Assembly (NCBI GenBank): GCA_013265495.1
Contig: MU062559.1
Location: 5,788,577 to 5,852,576, forward strand
Direction: 5' to 3'
DNA from: Vicugna vicugna
Lineage: Eukaryota
DNA: 64,000 nucleotides
Position numbers and translations under genes: made by a program. How positions within the stretch are numbered: the first letter of the stretch is position 1; every line of letters begins with the position of its first letter. Shown here piece by piece: positions 29,643 through 42,400 of the stretch. The notes below the pieces were generated by a model that saw only the letters and a list, made by a program, of their open reading frames with translations, searched no databases and was not told the DNA's origin.

Positions 29643-29970
29643 CCTGACAGCCAGGCAGAGATCAGCCGCGACCACCCGAAGTCACCGAAGCCCCGCCTCC
29701 GCAGCGCACCGCCTTTTCGGCCGCACCTCCACCCGTCAGACATGCGCAGTTCCACCACTCCGCCTCCCGGAACATGCGCATTAACAGCAAGAGCGCCTGA
29801 ATGTGAATACGCCTGCGCCATAAAGAGAGGCCAGAACCCGAGGACTACGGTTCCCAGAAGCCCGCGCGGCATCACCGGCTTGCGCAATCACGTTAGCGCG
29901 TTCCTTCAACCAACTTGTGGAGCCTACTGCTGTTAGACACCGAGACGCCGGAGAAGAAAAGACGGTTCTC
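29200..29970. promoter_or_regulatory. ATP6V1F promoter CpG island.
   Basis: CpG-dense region around the ATG, with repeated CATGCGCA (NRF1-like half sites, about 29742 and 29773) and TTGCGCAAT at 29880-29888. Confidence 0.75.
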
Positions 29971-30289
29971 GAGGGTAAGGTCCGAGTCTGTATCGTGTAT
30001 GTATGTAACTACGGCACATAGTTAACAACTACTACGTATTTGTTCAATTAATAAAAGGATGAACAAGTTAATGATGATCCTCTTTAGTGTGGTAGAGCAT
30101 TGACAAAGCAATGTGTTAATTGGTAAAATGTGAGAAGTACGTGGAAGCACACTTCAGGTGTAACTAACTCATGGGGGGAGGTGGGGCGCGCAAAGAGGGT
30201 TGCCAGTAGGATGCAGGGGATAGAGATGAAGACAAGAAGGTGTTTTAGGGAAGAGCAATGGCATGTGCAAAGACTTAAGAGACTAGAAA

Positions 30290-30790
30290 GTAAAAGTGCC
30301 TTCAAGAGAAGTTAAAGGATCTGGAGGTTGTCCTGGGAACAAACTTATTCTGAAGTAACTGAAGAAATTTAAGCACGAGAATGATATAAACAGGATCGAG
30401 ACCGTGCTGTGTGCAGAGGCAAGACTGAAGGCAGAGAAACCATTGTGGTAATAAGAGATGATGGTGGCCAGAACCCAGGTAGTGGTGATGGGGAATGTGG
30501 AGAATTAGGTGGAGTCAAGAGATATTTAAAGACAGAATGGGGTTTTGGATTGGATATATTTGGGGTGACCCAGGTGACCTCCAGGTTTCTGGCCTGTGCA
30601 CCTAGGTGGACAGGAGTAACATTCCCGATAGAGTGAACTCTGTGAGATGAACATGTTGAAAAGAAAGGGCCACTTGTTCCTCCTCCCTTTTAACAAATAG
30701 GCATCCTGGCATCTGGCATGTGATTTGCAAGTTTAGAGCAGGTGAGACATCCAGCTGGCCTAGTCTAATCGTTGCACGTATGATAGGCTC
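30290..30790 (-). mobile_element. L2 LINE fragment.
   Basis: AAGAGATGATGGTGGCC...GGTAGTGGTGATGGGG...CCCAGGTGACCTCCAGGTTTCTGGCCTG...GGTGAGACATCCAG. Confidence 0.7.
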
Positions 30791-32732
30791 AGGACTTGAA
30801 TACATTTGGTTTGAATTTTGGCCCTGCTTCTTGGAGATGTGATTTGGGACTCATTACCAAAATTCTGAGGACCTTGGTCTCTTCAGATAATAGTATACCA
30901 GCATTGTAGGGCTGTTGGGATTAAGTGAGATGGAGTCCCTCAGTGCTCAGCACGCATGACGAGACTGTAGTTGGGGGAGAGCAGCTGGGCTGGATATTCG
31001 TAAACACATCCACAAACAGGTGGGGAGGGCAGCAGAAGCTGAGAAGGAGGCCAGCAAACCATGCAGGGAAATGCTCCCACCTGGGGCGAGGTGGGAGGGA
31101 AGGCAGAGTGAGGAAGGGTGTGTGTAGAAGCAGCTGGTTTGGTGCCTGGCACAGAACTGACCCTTAATGGCCATGAGTGGTTGGGTACTTGAGAATGGAT
31201 TCTGCCTTCAAAGGGCCTTTCAGGTTAAGTAGGAAGCTAGGAGAGTGCCACATTTATCACACTCCTTCATTCACCCAGCACGTATCAAATGTGGACATGG
31301 CGAGGCTGAGGACCAAGATTGATAAAATGCGATTTCTGTCCTCAAGGAGCTCCCTCAAGATCGAGGGGAGAGTAGAAAATATCACGAGGAGGTGGGTAGA
31401 CATACAGAGTGGCCCTGGAGGGGTCTTGAGGGGGCAGGACTCAGGAGAGGTAGGGGAAAGAAGAAACTTAAAGAGGAGTTGGGAGGCAGACAGGTTACCC
31501 AGTGAAGGTAGGGGGGATTCGGAGGCAGGCTGTGTATGTTGCATTTGCTCTGGCTGACTCATCACCGTGTGCTGAAATGCTTGGGGTGAGTCTAGAGATG
31601 GGGGATCAATTGAGTGAAATGCTGCTTTACTCTGCTCTGGCTACTTAGTTGCTCATGCATTTATTCATTCATCATAGCTGTCTGTATTAGACCTCCCAGG
31701 GTCAAAGGGCTCAGTCTGGTGGGGGAGACAGATCCTCTAAGATACACAGTCACAGATCAAAGTAGTAAATGCAGCCAGAAATGTGCTCCGGGGCAGTGTG
31801 AGAACTAGGGGGCTGACCTGGGGAGGGGCAGGGAAGGGTTCAGGAAAGCTTCCCATTGGCCAGAAGATGAGTGTGGAGAGGCAAGTGTGTTCCTGGGCAG
31901 AGGCCCAAAATGCCACATGGGTGCCTGGGAAACCAGAGGTTGTGAGGAGAAGTGGAGGTGGAGGGCACACTGCCTGACTCTGGGCACTTTTTGAATAAAC
32001 AGGTAGGGAGGCTGGTGTCTGAACCTAGAGACCTTGGAGGCCTCATTAGGACACGTAGACTAGCCCGAAGCAGAAGGACATTCAGAAGGGCCCTGGACCC
32101 GAAAGGGCCATCCATAGTCCCTTTGATGTGACCCCCTCTGGCTGCAGCATGAAAGGTGGGTTGGAGGGAGGTTAGTGGAGGGGCCAGTTCAGGAAGGAGG
32201 CCCTAAGCAAGGTCAGGGCTGGAGGTGGGGAGGGAGCAGGCCCAGACTGACCCAGGACCTAGCGGGAGTGAAAGAGCCCTGGGTTTGCATGAGGTTCTGC
32301 CTGCCTGCTGAGCAAGGAGCATTCCTGCTTCCGTCAGTGCTGCTTTAAGGTCCTAATTTTGAGAACATCTTTGAAATCAGGCTGAATGGAAACTGGCCTC
32401 CTGGTGGTCCTAGGGCAGTCTTCTAGAACGTAAGTGTCCACCTCCCTTTCCCACCCAGCAGCTCTCCAGGAATCTGAGGACCAAGACCACATCCCTGACA
32501 CCCCACTGCCATCCATGATTCTTTCAAGGAATCTGCCAGCATTCCAGACCTCCCCACAAAGACGGCCCAGCGGTCTGCCCCAGGTCCTTCCCCTTGGTCT
32601 GAGTCAGTCCCCCAGGGATCAAGCAGCCTGGCCTCTGCCTCCTGGGGCCTGGTTCAGTGTCAGCAGCCAGAGACAGCCAGCCACGGGGAGCCCACGCACA
32701 AGGAACAGCCAAGCCTCTGCGACAGGCCGCAC

Positions 32733-32738
32733 TTTATT
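32733..32738 (-). terminator. FLNC polyadenylation signal (AATAAA).
   Basis: + strand TTTATT at 32733-32738, about 690 nt downstream of the TGA. Confidence 0.85.
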
Positions 32739-33425
32739 TGGAGTTTTCCACCTAAGCAGCTCCCAGCTGAGCCGCATGACATGTGCAAAAATCCCCCCAG
32801 AAAGCTGGGCCTCGCAGTGTGTAAAAAAGGCCCCCCATGGGGCAGAGCTGTGCAATCATAATAAAAAAAAAAAAGAGAGAAATCAGTCCCTCAGGAAGCC
32901 TGGCTGGGATCTAAATCTCCCAGAGCCAGGCCACGTGCCAAGGCTGCTGCTGCTGGTGTGGGGTCCGTTTTCTCCTCGGATTGTGCTCTCTTCCAAGTCC
33001 TTAACACTCTGGGGTTGTGGCTGCCAGAGGGGCTGGACGCAATCCTCAGTGGCAAGGAGGCCTGGCCAGCAGTGCAGTTGGAGGGTGACCTCTCTTACAC
33101 ACACAGACACCCCCAAACATGTGCTCCCCCACTGGCCTCAGCCCCACCAGAAAACGCAGGGTTTCCCTGGCCCCCCAACCCCCAGTCCACTCTCATGTCA
33201 CGTTTGAGGCAAGGGACATGGCCCCGGGACAGACAAGGCCCTCCAACCCCAGGGCCCTGGTTGGGTGGGGGTCAGAGCCACTCAGTCCACCCCAGGGCAG
33301 GTGTTTGAGGTGTCTGATTCTGCGTGTGTGCATCTGGGTGTGGCCCTTTTGCGTGTGTGTATGTGTGTATGTGAGTGTGTTTGGCCAGAGGTGGGGGCCG
33401 AGGCTGGGGGAGGCACTTCTGGGAT

Positions 33426-36400
33426 TCAGGGCACGTTGACTTTGAAGGGGCTTCCGGGAACACTTTCGTCGCCCCACTTGACGATGAGGATGTAGTCCCC
33501 TTTCTCCTTGACGGTGTAGGTGACGTTGTACACTCGGTTCCCCATGTGCTTCACGTACACCTCCTCACAGGGGGTCTTGGGCCCATGCACGCCCACCATC
33601 ATCATGTTGGTGCCTGGAGAGGAGGGCAGTGAGGGACAGGCTCGCACCACAGCCCTTGGCCTCACGTTCTTGTGCATTTGCCCACCCCAGGAAACTGGCC
33701 CCTCTCCCCCAGTGGCTTGCCTGCTTTGCTGCAGTCCACGGTGAAGGAGTTCTTCTGGCCCACGAAGGCCTGGGACAGCCCGGGGCCCCGTGTCACCACC
33801 TTGCTGGCATCCGAGGAGAACTTGGGGATGGAGCTATAGCTGGAGCCCCGGCTTGAGGACGACTTGGTCACAGTCTCCACCAAAACCGTGGATGTTTCAT
33901 GAAGGCTGTGGCCTCCAGACAGCCGGGGACCTGAGAGGCAAGAGTGGGGCGGCCACAAGCCAGGTCAGTGGCATACCCTTCCCTAGGTGAGCCCTCTGCC
34001 GACACTGACAGCCCCACGTTCCCTTCCTCTGCTGTAGCATCCTAGGAGTGGCCCCCCAATTCCTAACGAGCCAGGGAGGCAGGGCAGGCTTATCTTGAGG
34101 TCTGGGGCCTCGGATGGCTCCGCCCCCCCCTTCTGGGCTTTGTCTGGGACCCCAAGTCACAGGGTAGAGTCTTGCTTTAAAAAGGAACATGTATCCAACT
34201 AATCCTTCATGCAGCTTCCAAAAGGAATGCTGGCTAAATATTTACTGAGCTCTCTCTTCTTGGAAGCCAGAAGGGCAGAAAGCTAAGTGAAAGCTTGGGG
34301 AGCCACCGCAGGGAAAAGATTAGTTGAGTGATGGACAACAATAAAGAGGGAGGATTTGATTTTTGAAAAATGATCTACACGAGTCCATGTGGAGAATGTA
34401 GAGAATGGTGTGCTGTGTAAAGCCAGGCCCGCTTTATCCCTGGTAACCTGACCTTGATGTTTGGGGCAGATACGACATGGGTGTGACTGGCTACCGGAGT
34501 CAACCAGGACTTCCCCNNNNNNNNNNNNNNNNNNNNNNNNNNNNNNNNNNNNNNNNNNNNNNNNNNNNNNNNNNNNNNNNNNNNNNNNNNNNNNNNNNNN
34601 NNNNNNNNNNNNNNNNNNNNNNNNNNNNNNNNNNNNNNNNNNNNNNNNNNNNNNNNNNNNNNNNNNNNNNNNNNNNNNNNNNNNNNNNNNNNNNNNNACA
34701 AGGCCCCTGAGCCCGCGTTCAAGGTGTTGACGATGAACTCTGATGACACGCCTGGGACCAGAGGTAGCAAGGGTGTAGGCAGAAAGGGTTTGGGGCCCAG
34801 AGGTGGGTGGGCTGGAGCCCAGGCTCCCTGGAGCAGGCCTCTGTGAGGACTCAGAGCTCATCAGCACTGCCCCAGGACTGGGGGCTAAGCACCCCAATAT
34901 CACCCCCTCCTCCCAGCCACTCACCTGTAGTGCCNNNNNNNNNNNNNNNNNNNNNNNNNNNNNNNNNNNNNNNNNNNNNNNNNNNNNNNNNNNNNNNNNN
35001 NNNNNNNNNNNNNNNNNNNNNNNNNNNNNNNNNNNNNNNNNNNNNNNNNNNNNNNNNNNNNNNNNNNNNNNNNNNNNNNNNNNNNNNNNNNNNNNNNNNN
35101 NNNNNNNNNNNNNNATTGTTAGGTGAGCTTTTGTCCTTCCCCTCCCTTTCCAAGAAGGTCCTGGCCTGACAGGGACTGGGCTAGCTCACCACTGTCCAGC
35201 TCGGAGACGTAGCACTCCTCCACTGCACCCGAGGGCGTGTGCACCCTAGCATCGATCACACCCCGAGCACCGTTCAGCTGCACCGCAAAGGACGCCGGCT
35301 GGTTCACCTTGAGCCCCGTCTCCTGTAGAGGTCACAGAGGGTGCTCAGACTCCTGGGAGGGTCTGGAGCGCTCCTGTCTGCAAGCTGGCACTGCTTTCAC
35401 CACATACCCAGCCTGGCTCCTGCCGCCTGGCCCAGCTCCCAGAGGCCCTCAGCAAGACTACAGTAGCGGTAGGGGGCTGGGTCTGTGACCCCAGCATCCA
35501 CCTGCAGGAGGTGGGCCCACTGGCTGTTCTGGGCAGGTAGGGCACCAGAGATGACGTGCCCTGTCCTGGCTGAGGAGGTAAGACCCAGACATTGTAAAGC
35601 GGGCCCGATGACAAAGCTGCTAGAGCTGTGTGGACCTGATGAGGAAAGAGGAGAGTGGCCTGGACTGGCTAGCGGTGCTCAAGGGGGGAGGTGGGCCAGT
35701 GGGGAGGCTGGGGGGGGTGGGGCACAGAGCCCAGCTCTAGAGTGGGGGTAGAGCTGGAGGAAGGAGAAACACAAGGGTTCTGATAAGACTACCCTGAGCC
35801 ACAGCTGGAAGGGGCATGGAGCCCCCTGCTGTACAGATACTGGGAGAGAGGAGATGTCTGTCTTGACCTTTGAAGGTCACTGCTAAGTCCCTGGCCACAT
35901 GGGCCTGCCATCCTCTACTCCTGCCCATCTCTCAGGGTGGCAGAGGGGCCCCATCCCTGGGCACACACCTGGAGGCTGGTGACGGTGAGACGGCGAGCAT
36001 CATCTGAGAGGGAGGCCACGGGTACCACAAAGGGGCTGTCTGGGATGTGCTCATCGTTGAACTTGATGGAGACCTCATAGTCACCTGAGGAGGGAAAGCC
36101 AGTCAGCATAGGCCCCAGGATGCAATGGCAAGGCAGAGCCACCTCCACCCTCGCCTCTTCCAGGACAAGCTCCTGGAGACAGATGTGCATTCCCCGGGTG
36201 TGGGGTGAAGGTAGACAGCAGAGAAAGAGCAGCAGCCCAGGTGAAGAATCAGTTCAGTAGTCCCTTCTCCTGCCTGGTCAGTGAGCAAGAGGCCAGTCTA
36301 GAAGGTTATTCAGGCCCAGCTCCACTGTGGACACCCACCTGGTTCCTGGACAACATAGGAGACCCCACAGGAGCCATCTTTGCGGTCCTCAAATGCAATC

Positions 36401-39400
36401 TCCGCCTTGCTGGGCCCCTCCACAGCAATAGACAGGCCCCCGGCACCTGCTTCTCGAGTCCAGATGCTGAATTCGGCTGGAGACGGAAGCAGGACAGGGG
36501 CGGCTGTTCAGCACCATTGCCCATCCTGCCAGCTGCCCTGCCCCCATCCCCTGTCTCGGCTTCCTCCCCCTTACCTGGCACACCGGCCACCCCTCGCTCC
36601 AGCCCTGTGCCTCCAGCCCGCACCTTGTGGGCACCACCTTCACCCAGTGGCCCCACGGTGAACTGAAAGGGGCTGCCTGGCACATGCTGCCCGCGGTACT
36701 TGACAGTGACCGTGTGGGGCCCCATCTCCTGGGGCACAAAGCGCACACTGTATGCGCTGTCCTCCCCCTCCACGATCTCTGCAGCTTCTGTCTTGCCGGA
36801 CGGGCTGGTCACCTGTGCGGTCATATCCTGAGAGCTGGCCTCACCTGCAGGGGGTGGGGTGTGTCAGGGTGACACTTGGGCTGCTCCTAGCCCCTTCTTC
36901 CCTCCTTAGTAAAACCCTCCCCTTGCCCCAAGGGATGGAAGGCCCAGCCTCCCCAGGAAGACCCTGGCCCTGCTCACCCTCCTGCTGGCGAGTGATGCTG
37001 CCAAAAGAGCCCAGGCGTTCTCGGCCCAGAAAGTCCCCGAAGACGGTGGGGAAGGGGTCTCCGCCAACCTGGGTGGACTCCTCCACCCGCACCTCACGCT
37101 TGGTCTCCCCGCCCCGTGTCTTGCTAATCTCTGTGCGCTCTGTGCGGGTATACGTGTGGCTGCTGCGGGTGAAGGTGCGTGTCAGGCGCTCCTGGGCAGA
37201 CACCATCTGGAACCAGTTCCCTGTGGGACACACAGAGCCAGGGAAGGGGAGGGGAGGGAGAGGAGAAATGAGCCAGCAGGACAGAGACCCTGGGGGCAGG
37301 CTCGGGGCCCTCCCCATTGCCCCACCCTGCCCAGGCTCTTCCTGGCTCCCACCTGGGATCTTGAGGTTGAGGTCACAGGTGCTGCCGATGGTGGCGATAG
37401 AAGGCGCCTGCCTGCGCCGGGTGATGCTTTCCTTCATGCGGCCCTCACCGGTAACCTTCACCGTGAATGGGCTTCCTGTAGCAGGAGAAAGGGGTCTTAG
37501 ATCCCTTGCCTCTAGCCTCCTGGCTTGTCTTACCCACCGCCTGGACTCTTACCCGGCACATGCTTGTCGGCAAACTTGATGTTGATGATGTAGGTGCCAG
37601 GTTCAGTGGGGCAGTAGGTGACTTTGCATGTGCCATCCTCCATATCCTCACAGTTGATGTCCACCTTGCTAGGGCCTTCAATACTCAGCCCCAGGCCCCC
37701 ATAACCTACCGGGAAGCAAAGGACACATCTCCCTCAGTCCCTACTGCCATTCTGCTCTCCCCTCCCCAAACTGCAGGCTCCATCCAGAATGGGCACCCCA
37801 GGTCTATCATAACCACTAACAAAAGATGGCTCAGCAGGAGGAGAAGGGGCAAGCAAGGCACTGACCCAGATGGTCAGGGAGAGGCAGTCTTGGAAATTCC
37901 CTAGGGCAGGCTTCTTGGGTGCCAGTGAGTGAGACAGAAACTCACGACAGCTGAGCTTTCTCTTAAATGTGAGAGAAGTGACATGGGGCCCACTTTCTTC
38001 ATTGGGCCCCAGAATATGAATCTCAGCAGAGACTGGGCCAGGAAGTTCAGGGAGGAGGGTATGGCCAAGGGGCATGGGGCAGGAAAGAAGGACTAGTCCT
38101 CATTAGAGGCACCAGCTGAAATGAGGGGTCTCTGGGACAAGAAGCACCTGCATTACGAGTGTCCACGATGAACTCCGCCACCTGGAACGTGTGTCCCTCA
38201 GACAGGCCCTTGCCCCAGACCCGCACCTTGCTAGCGTCCCCGATCTCAGACGGCCCCACCAGGATCTTGAAGGGGCTATTGGTGACGTGCTTGCCGCTCT
38301 TGCGCACGCTCACCACATGCTCCCCAACCTCCTTGGGGGTGAAGGAGATGCCTGTGGAGAAGAGGGGTCAGGCATGGAGCCCTGGGCCTGGCGGCGTCCC
38401 TTCCCGGCTCCCCCCAGGCCCCTCCCGTGGCCCCATGCTCACCAATGTGCCGGTTGGGCAGGCGCTTCAGCAGGCAGGGCTCCTCATTGCCCGATGGGGC
38501 ACGGATGCTGGCAGTCAGCTGGCTCAGGTCACTCTCGGTGATCTTCAGTGACACATCCGTGGAGGTGCCCACGTTCAGCTGTGAAGTCCTCATCGAGTCA
38601 TCGCCTGGGGGAGAGTTGGCATGTCAGGCAGTGTGACTCCAGGCAGGCCCTGCCTTCATGGAGCTCAGGAGACCTCCTGGCAGATCCTGCTGGACTCAGC
38701 AGAGACTGGGGGCCACTCACAGGCACAGAGAAACTGGGGAGAGGGCAATCTTCATTCACATTTAGCTGCCAAATGTGGGCCCAGCACCCTAGTCCCCCTG
38801 AATCGGTTAAATCCCTAATTTACACAAATTTCAATCTTAAGTCACGTGATTTTATGGAGACAAAACACTAGACTGGACTAGACAACACAGACCCTTTACT
38901 AGCTGTGTGGCTCTGATCAAGTTGCTTAGCCTCTCTGAGCCTACTGGTTTCCTCAGCTATCAAAGGGAATTAACAATACTCTAACTTGAAAGCCTCAACA
39001 AGATATGTTTCAGAGCTGGGGCAGGGGAGGTGGGGGTGGGGGTGGCTGAATGTTTCTCACCTGCTGTAGAGAATAGGATTACATCCTTACATTCATCCAG
39101 AAATGAACTCTTCCACCTCAAGGGGGCCCTACCCTAATGCCTGGTGACTTGAACACACCAGGCTTGTACATCCTTGTGTGCTGGGGATGGGGGGTGTCAT
39201 AGGCTGTGGGTACCCACATGTCCACCCACCTGTGATCTTGGCTGTGAAGGGGCTCCCCGGGATGTGCTTGTCATCAAAGCGCACGATGATGCTATAGTCT
39301 CCAGGCGCCGTGGGCAGGTAGGATACAGTGCAGGTGCCATCCTTGTTGTCCTTGCAGGTGATCTCTGCCTTGGACGGGCCCTCCACGGCCAAGGACAGAC

Positions 39401-42400
39401 CCCCTGTAGGTGGAAGTGGGGCTGAGATCAGAGGTCCTGATCAGCTACCCCTCCCCCTCACAGCCCCTGTCTGCAGCTCCCTCACCTTCCCCAGCATCCT
39501 TGGTGACAATGGTAAAGGTGGCCGGCTTGTTGACCATGCCATGGCTCAGGCCTGGCCCATAGGCACTGACATGGCGGCTGTTGATGGCATCCACGTAGAA
39601 CTGCAAGGGGCTTCCTGGGGGTGGATGGAAAAAGGGGGCTGGGTCAGTAAGGACAGGGACTGCCTGAACCCGCCTCAGCCCACCCCGCACCTTCCCACAG
39701 TCTCCCTGCTGAGCCCTACATCTCTGCCGTAGGGGCCTGACTGGTGGAAGTCTGCCTCCCACCAGGATACCAGCCTCCCCAGGGCTTCCTGTGGTGTCTG
39801 CATACAGCAGGTGCTCAATAAATATTTTTTGACAGAAGGCAGGCAAAGATGAAGTCACAGTGGGGCTCCTCTCAGCCCAACCAAGCCCAGCCCAGCCCAG
39901 CCGCCAACTCACCAGGGATGTGGTTGCCGTCATACTTGATCCCCATGTGGTGCAGGCCTTTCTCAGTGGGTGCGTACCTCACTGTGATGGTGCCATCCTT
40001 GTTGTCGGTGATGTTGGGCCGGGCCGTCTTCCCGGAGGGCATCCGCACCTCCCCTGGAAGGCAGACACAGTTATGTGGGGGACCTCAGTTTCTCCTACCT
40101 CAACCCCCTTGCTGTCCCAGGCCCCTACTCCTGTGTGGTTGTGCCTCCACCCCAGAGGTCCGGCACCAGGTGACAACCTGGAGCATCAGGACAAACCCCA
40201 AGCTGGGAGACAGAAGGCGTAAGTCTGAGTTCCAGCTCTGCCCACATTGCTGTGTGATCCTGGGTAGCTCACACCCCCTTTCTGGGCCCCAGCTTTCATC
40301 TCAGACACAAGGAGCTGGGCCTGAATGCAGGTGTCCTCCCTTTGACTCCTCAGGGCCCCAGGGCAGTACCTGTGAGCTCCCCTTTCTGCACGGTGAAGGG
40401 GATGACCAGGTTGAAGGGTCTCAGCATGGACTCCATTGGCTCCACAGGCACCACTGGCTCCTCGGTGGCCTGTGGCAGGTGAGAGGGAACAGTCACTGGC
40501 TGGAGAAGGCCTGGGAGCTTGGCCTGAGCCATGACTGAAGGCAGAGAAAATGAGGAAAGAACAAGATGGTTAATGTTGAAACTGGAAAGCAGGAGAGGCG
40601 CATCTGCTGCGGGAGAAGTGCTGTGCCCAGCTCGGGGGTCTGTCTCCCCAGCCTGACTCCCGCCTGCTCCCCAAGACGGCCCCCAAACCATGCCCCAGCC
40701 CTGGCTGCTGAAGAAGAGAAGGAAGAAGTGGAGGGAGAGGAGGAGGAGGGCGAGGTCTGGCCCAGGTGGGAGGTGGCAGTACCCAGTGTGTGGGGTAGGC
40801 GCTGGGCCGGTGCAGCTGCAGCACATCAGAGGGTTCCTCCACGTGGGGCATGGGGTCACACGCCTGGGAGGCAAGGCACGGAGAGCACAGGATGTGGCAG
40901 GCCAGTATTCACCAGCTCTAGTGACCAGGAGCTGACTCAGAATGGCCCAGGGACCCGAAATCCTGGGTTGCCCATGGGGCAGGATGGGTATCTTGGGTGC
41001 TTTACCCTCTGGAGGGCTTCATTGTCCTGCAGGGCCACCTTGGAGAGCTGTACAGGAACAGTGGGCTCAAGGGTCAGAGAGGAATATGGCAAATTCCACC
41101 AGAGAGGGCTGACCGACTGCCAGAGGGGCCAGAGGCAGGGCTGTGCTCACCTCCCAGGTTGGGAGGCTACTGGGAAAGCAAAGGCTCAACTCTGGAGCAC
41201 TCTGGGACCAGAAGCCATCAGACATGGCGACAGGTCCTGGATTCCTTGCTATTGCTAGTAAGGCTGGCCCCCCCACCCCCTCCAGCCACCATCTAGTCCT
41301 GCTGCGGCCGCGGAGCTTACCAGCACGTGGAAGGGGCTGTTGGGGATGTGCTCGCCTCCGAAGCGGATGGTGATGACGTACTTGCCCGGCTCAGGTGCAG
41401 TGTAGTAGATGTCGAAGGTACCATCGTGGTTCTCAACCACATCCACGTCGAGCTCTGCCCCATCCGGGGTGGACACTGTGCACGTCACCTTCCCCTTGCC
41501 TGCTGCCTTGGCGTCCACTGTGATCACTGTCTCCTCCCCAATCTGGATGCGGGGGCCCAGGCAGGCACCTGCCACACAGAAGCAACCGGTCATGGGTTCT
41601 GTAGGGGCCCTAGGCCCAGCCCCACTCAGTTCCCAGCTGCCTCCACCACCTCAGCCCACAGCAAGAAGAGAAGGGGCACTCACCCAGGCCGTGACCTCCA
41701 ATGGACACTGGAAACAGAGAAGAATGTGAGACCATGAAACACTCAGGAGAGGGTGGGGGGCAAGGGATGGGTAAGGGCAGGGGAGGTGGGAGAGGGGACT
41801 GGGGCAGGGGAGGCGGAGTGGGTGCCCACCTGTGACGAGGCACTTGCTGGCGTCCCCAGTGGGCAGGGCATGGATGCGGAAGGGCGAGTAGGGGATCTCG
41901 TCACCACCGTACTTGATGGTGATGGTGTACCGGCCACTCATGTCTGGCAGATAGGACACGGTGTATGTGCCATCCCCGTTGTCTCGGATGTTGGCCTTCT
42001 TGGGCTTACCCTCGGGGTCCTGGGGGAGAAGCAGAGGTCAAGGCCGGTCTGTGCCCAGAGCCTGACCAGGGAGGTGGGCAGCACATGGACTTACCAGGAT
42101 CTGGACAGTGAGCAAGCCCTCCCCAGCATCCCGGGCATCGATGGTGAACTCCACAGGCAGGCTGGCAGGGATGCCAGCGGCATTGAGGCCGGGGCCGCTG
42201 GCCCGCACCTTGCTGGCATCATGGGCTGGAAGCACCTTAATCTTGAAGGGGCTTGAGGGGTAAAAGGATAGTTAGTTGGCTGAGGGTCGGGGGGAGGCAG
42301 AGTCTTGTCTCATTTTGGGCCTGGAGTCCTTCCCACATTCATGAGAAGGGGAGATGACTCCTGAGTAGGGAGGAGGGACCAGGTCACAGCCTGAGTCATG

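Noticed and set aside
32434-33207. 257-aa plus-strand ORF antisense to the FLNC 3' UTR
   Set aside because: Low-complexity translation running across a poly-A tract, with no supporting gene structure.
36085-36348. Possible ADAR Q/R recoding site homologous to the FLNA/FLNB exon 42 site (CAG at 36346-36348 on -)
   Set aside because: The Gln codon is present, but I found only 7-8-nt matches in intron 42 and no extended editing-complementary sequence. RNA folding and editing data would be needed to claim it.
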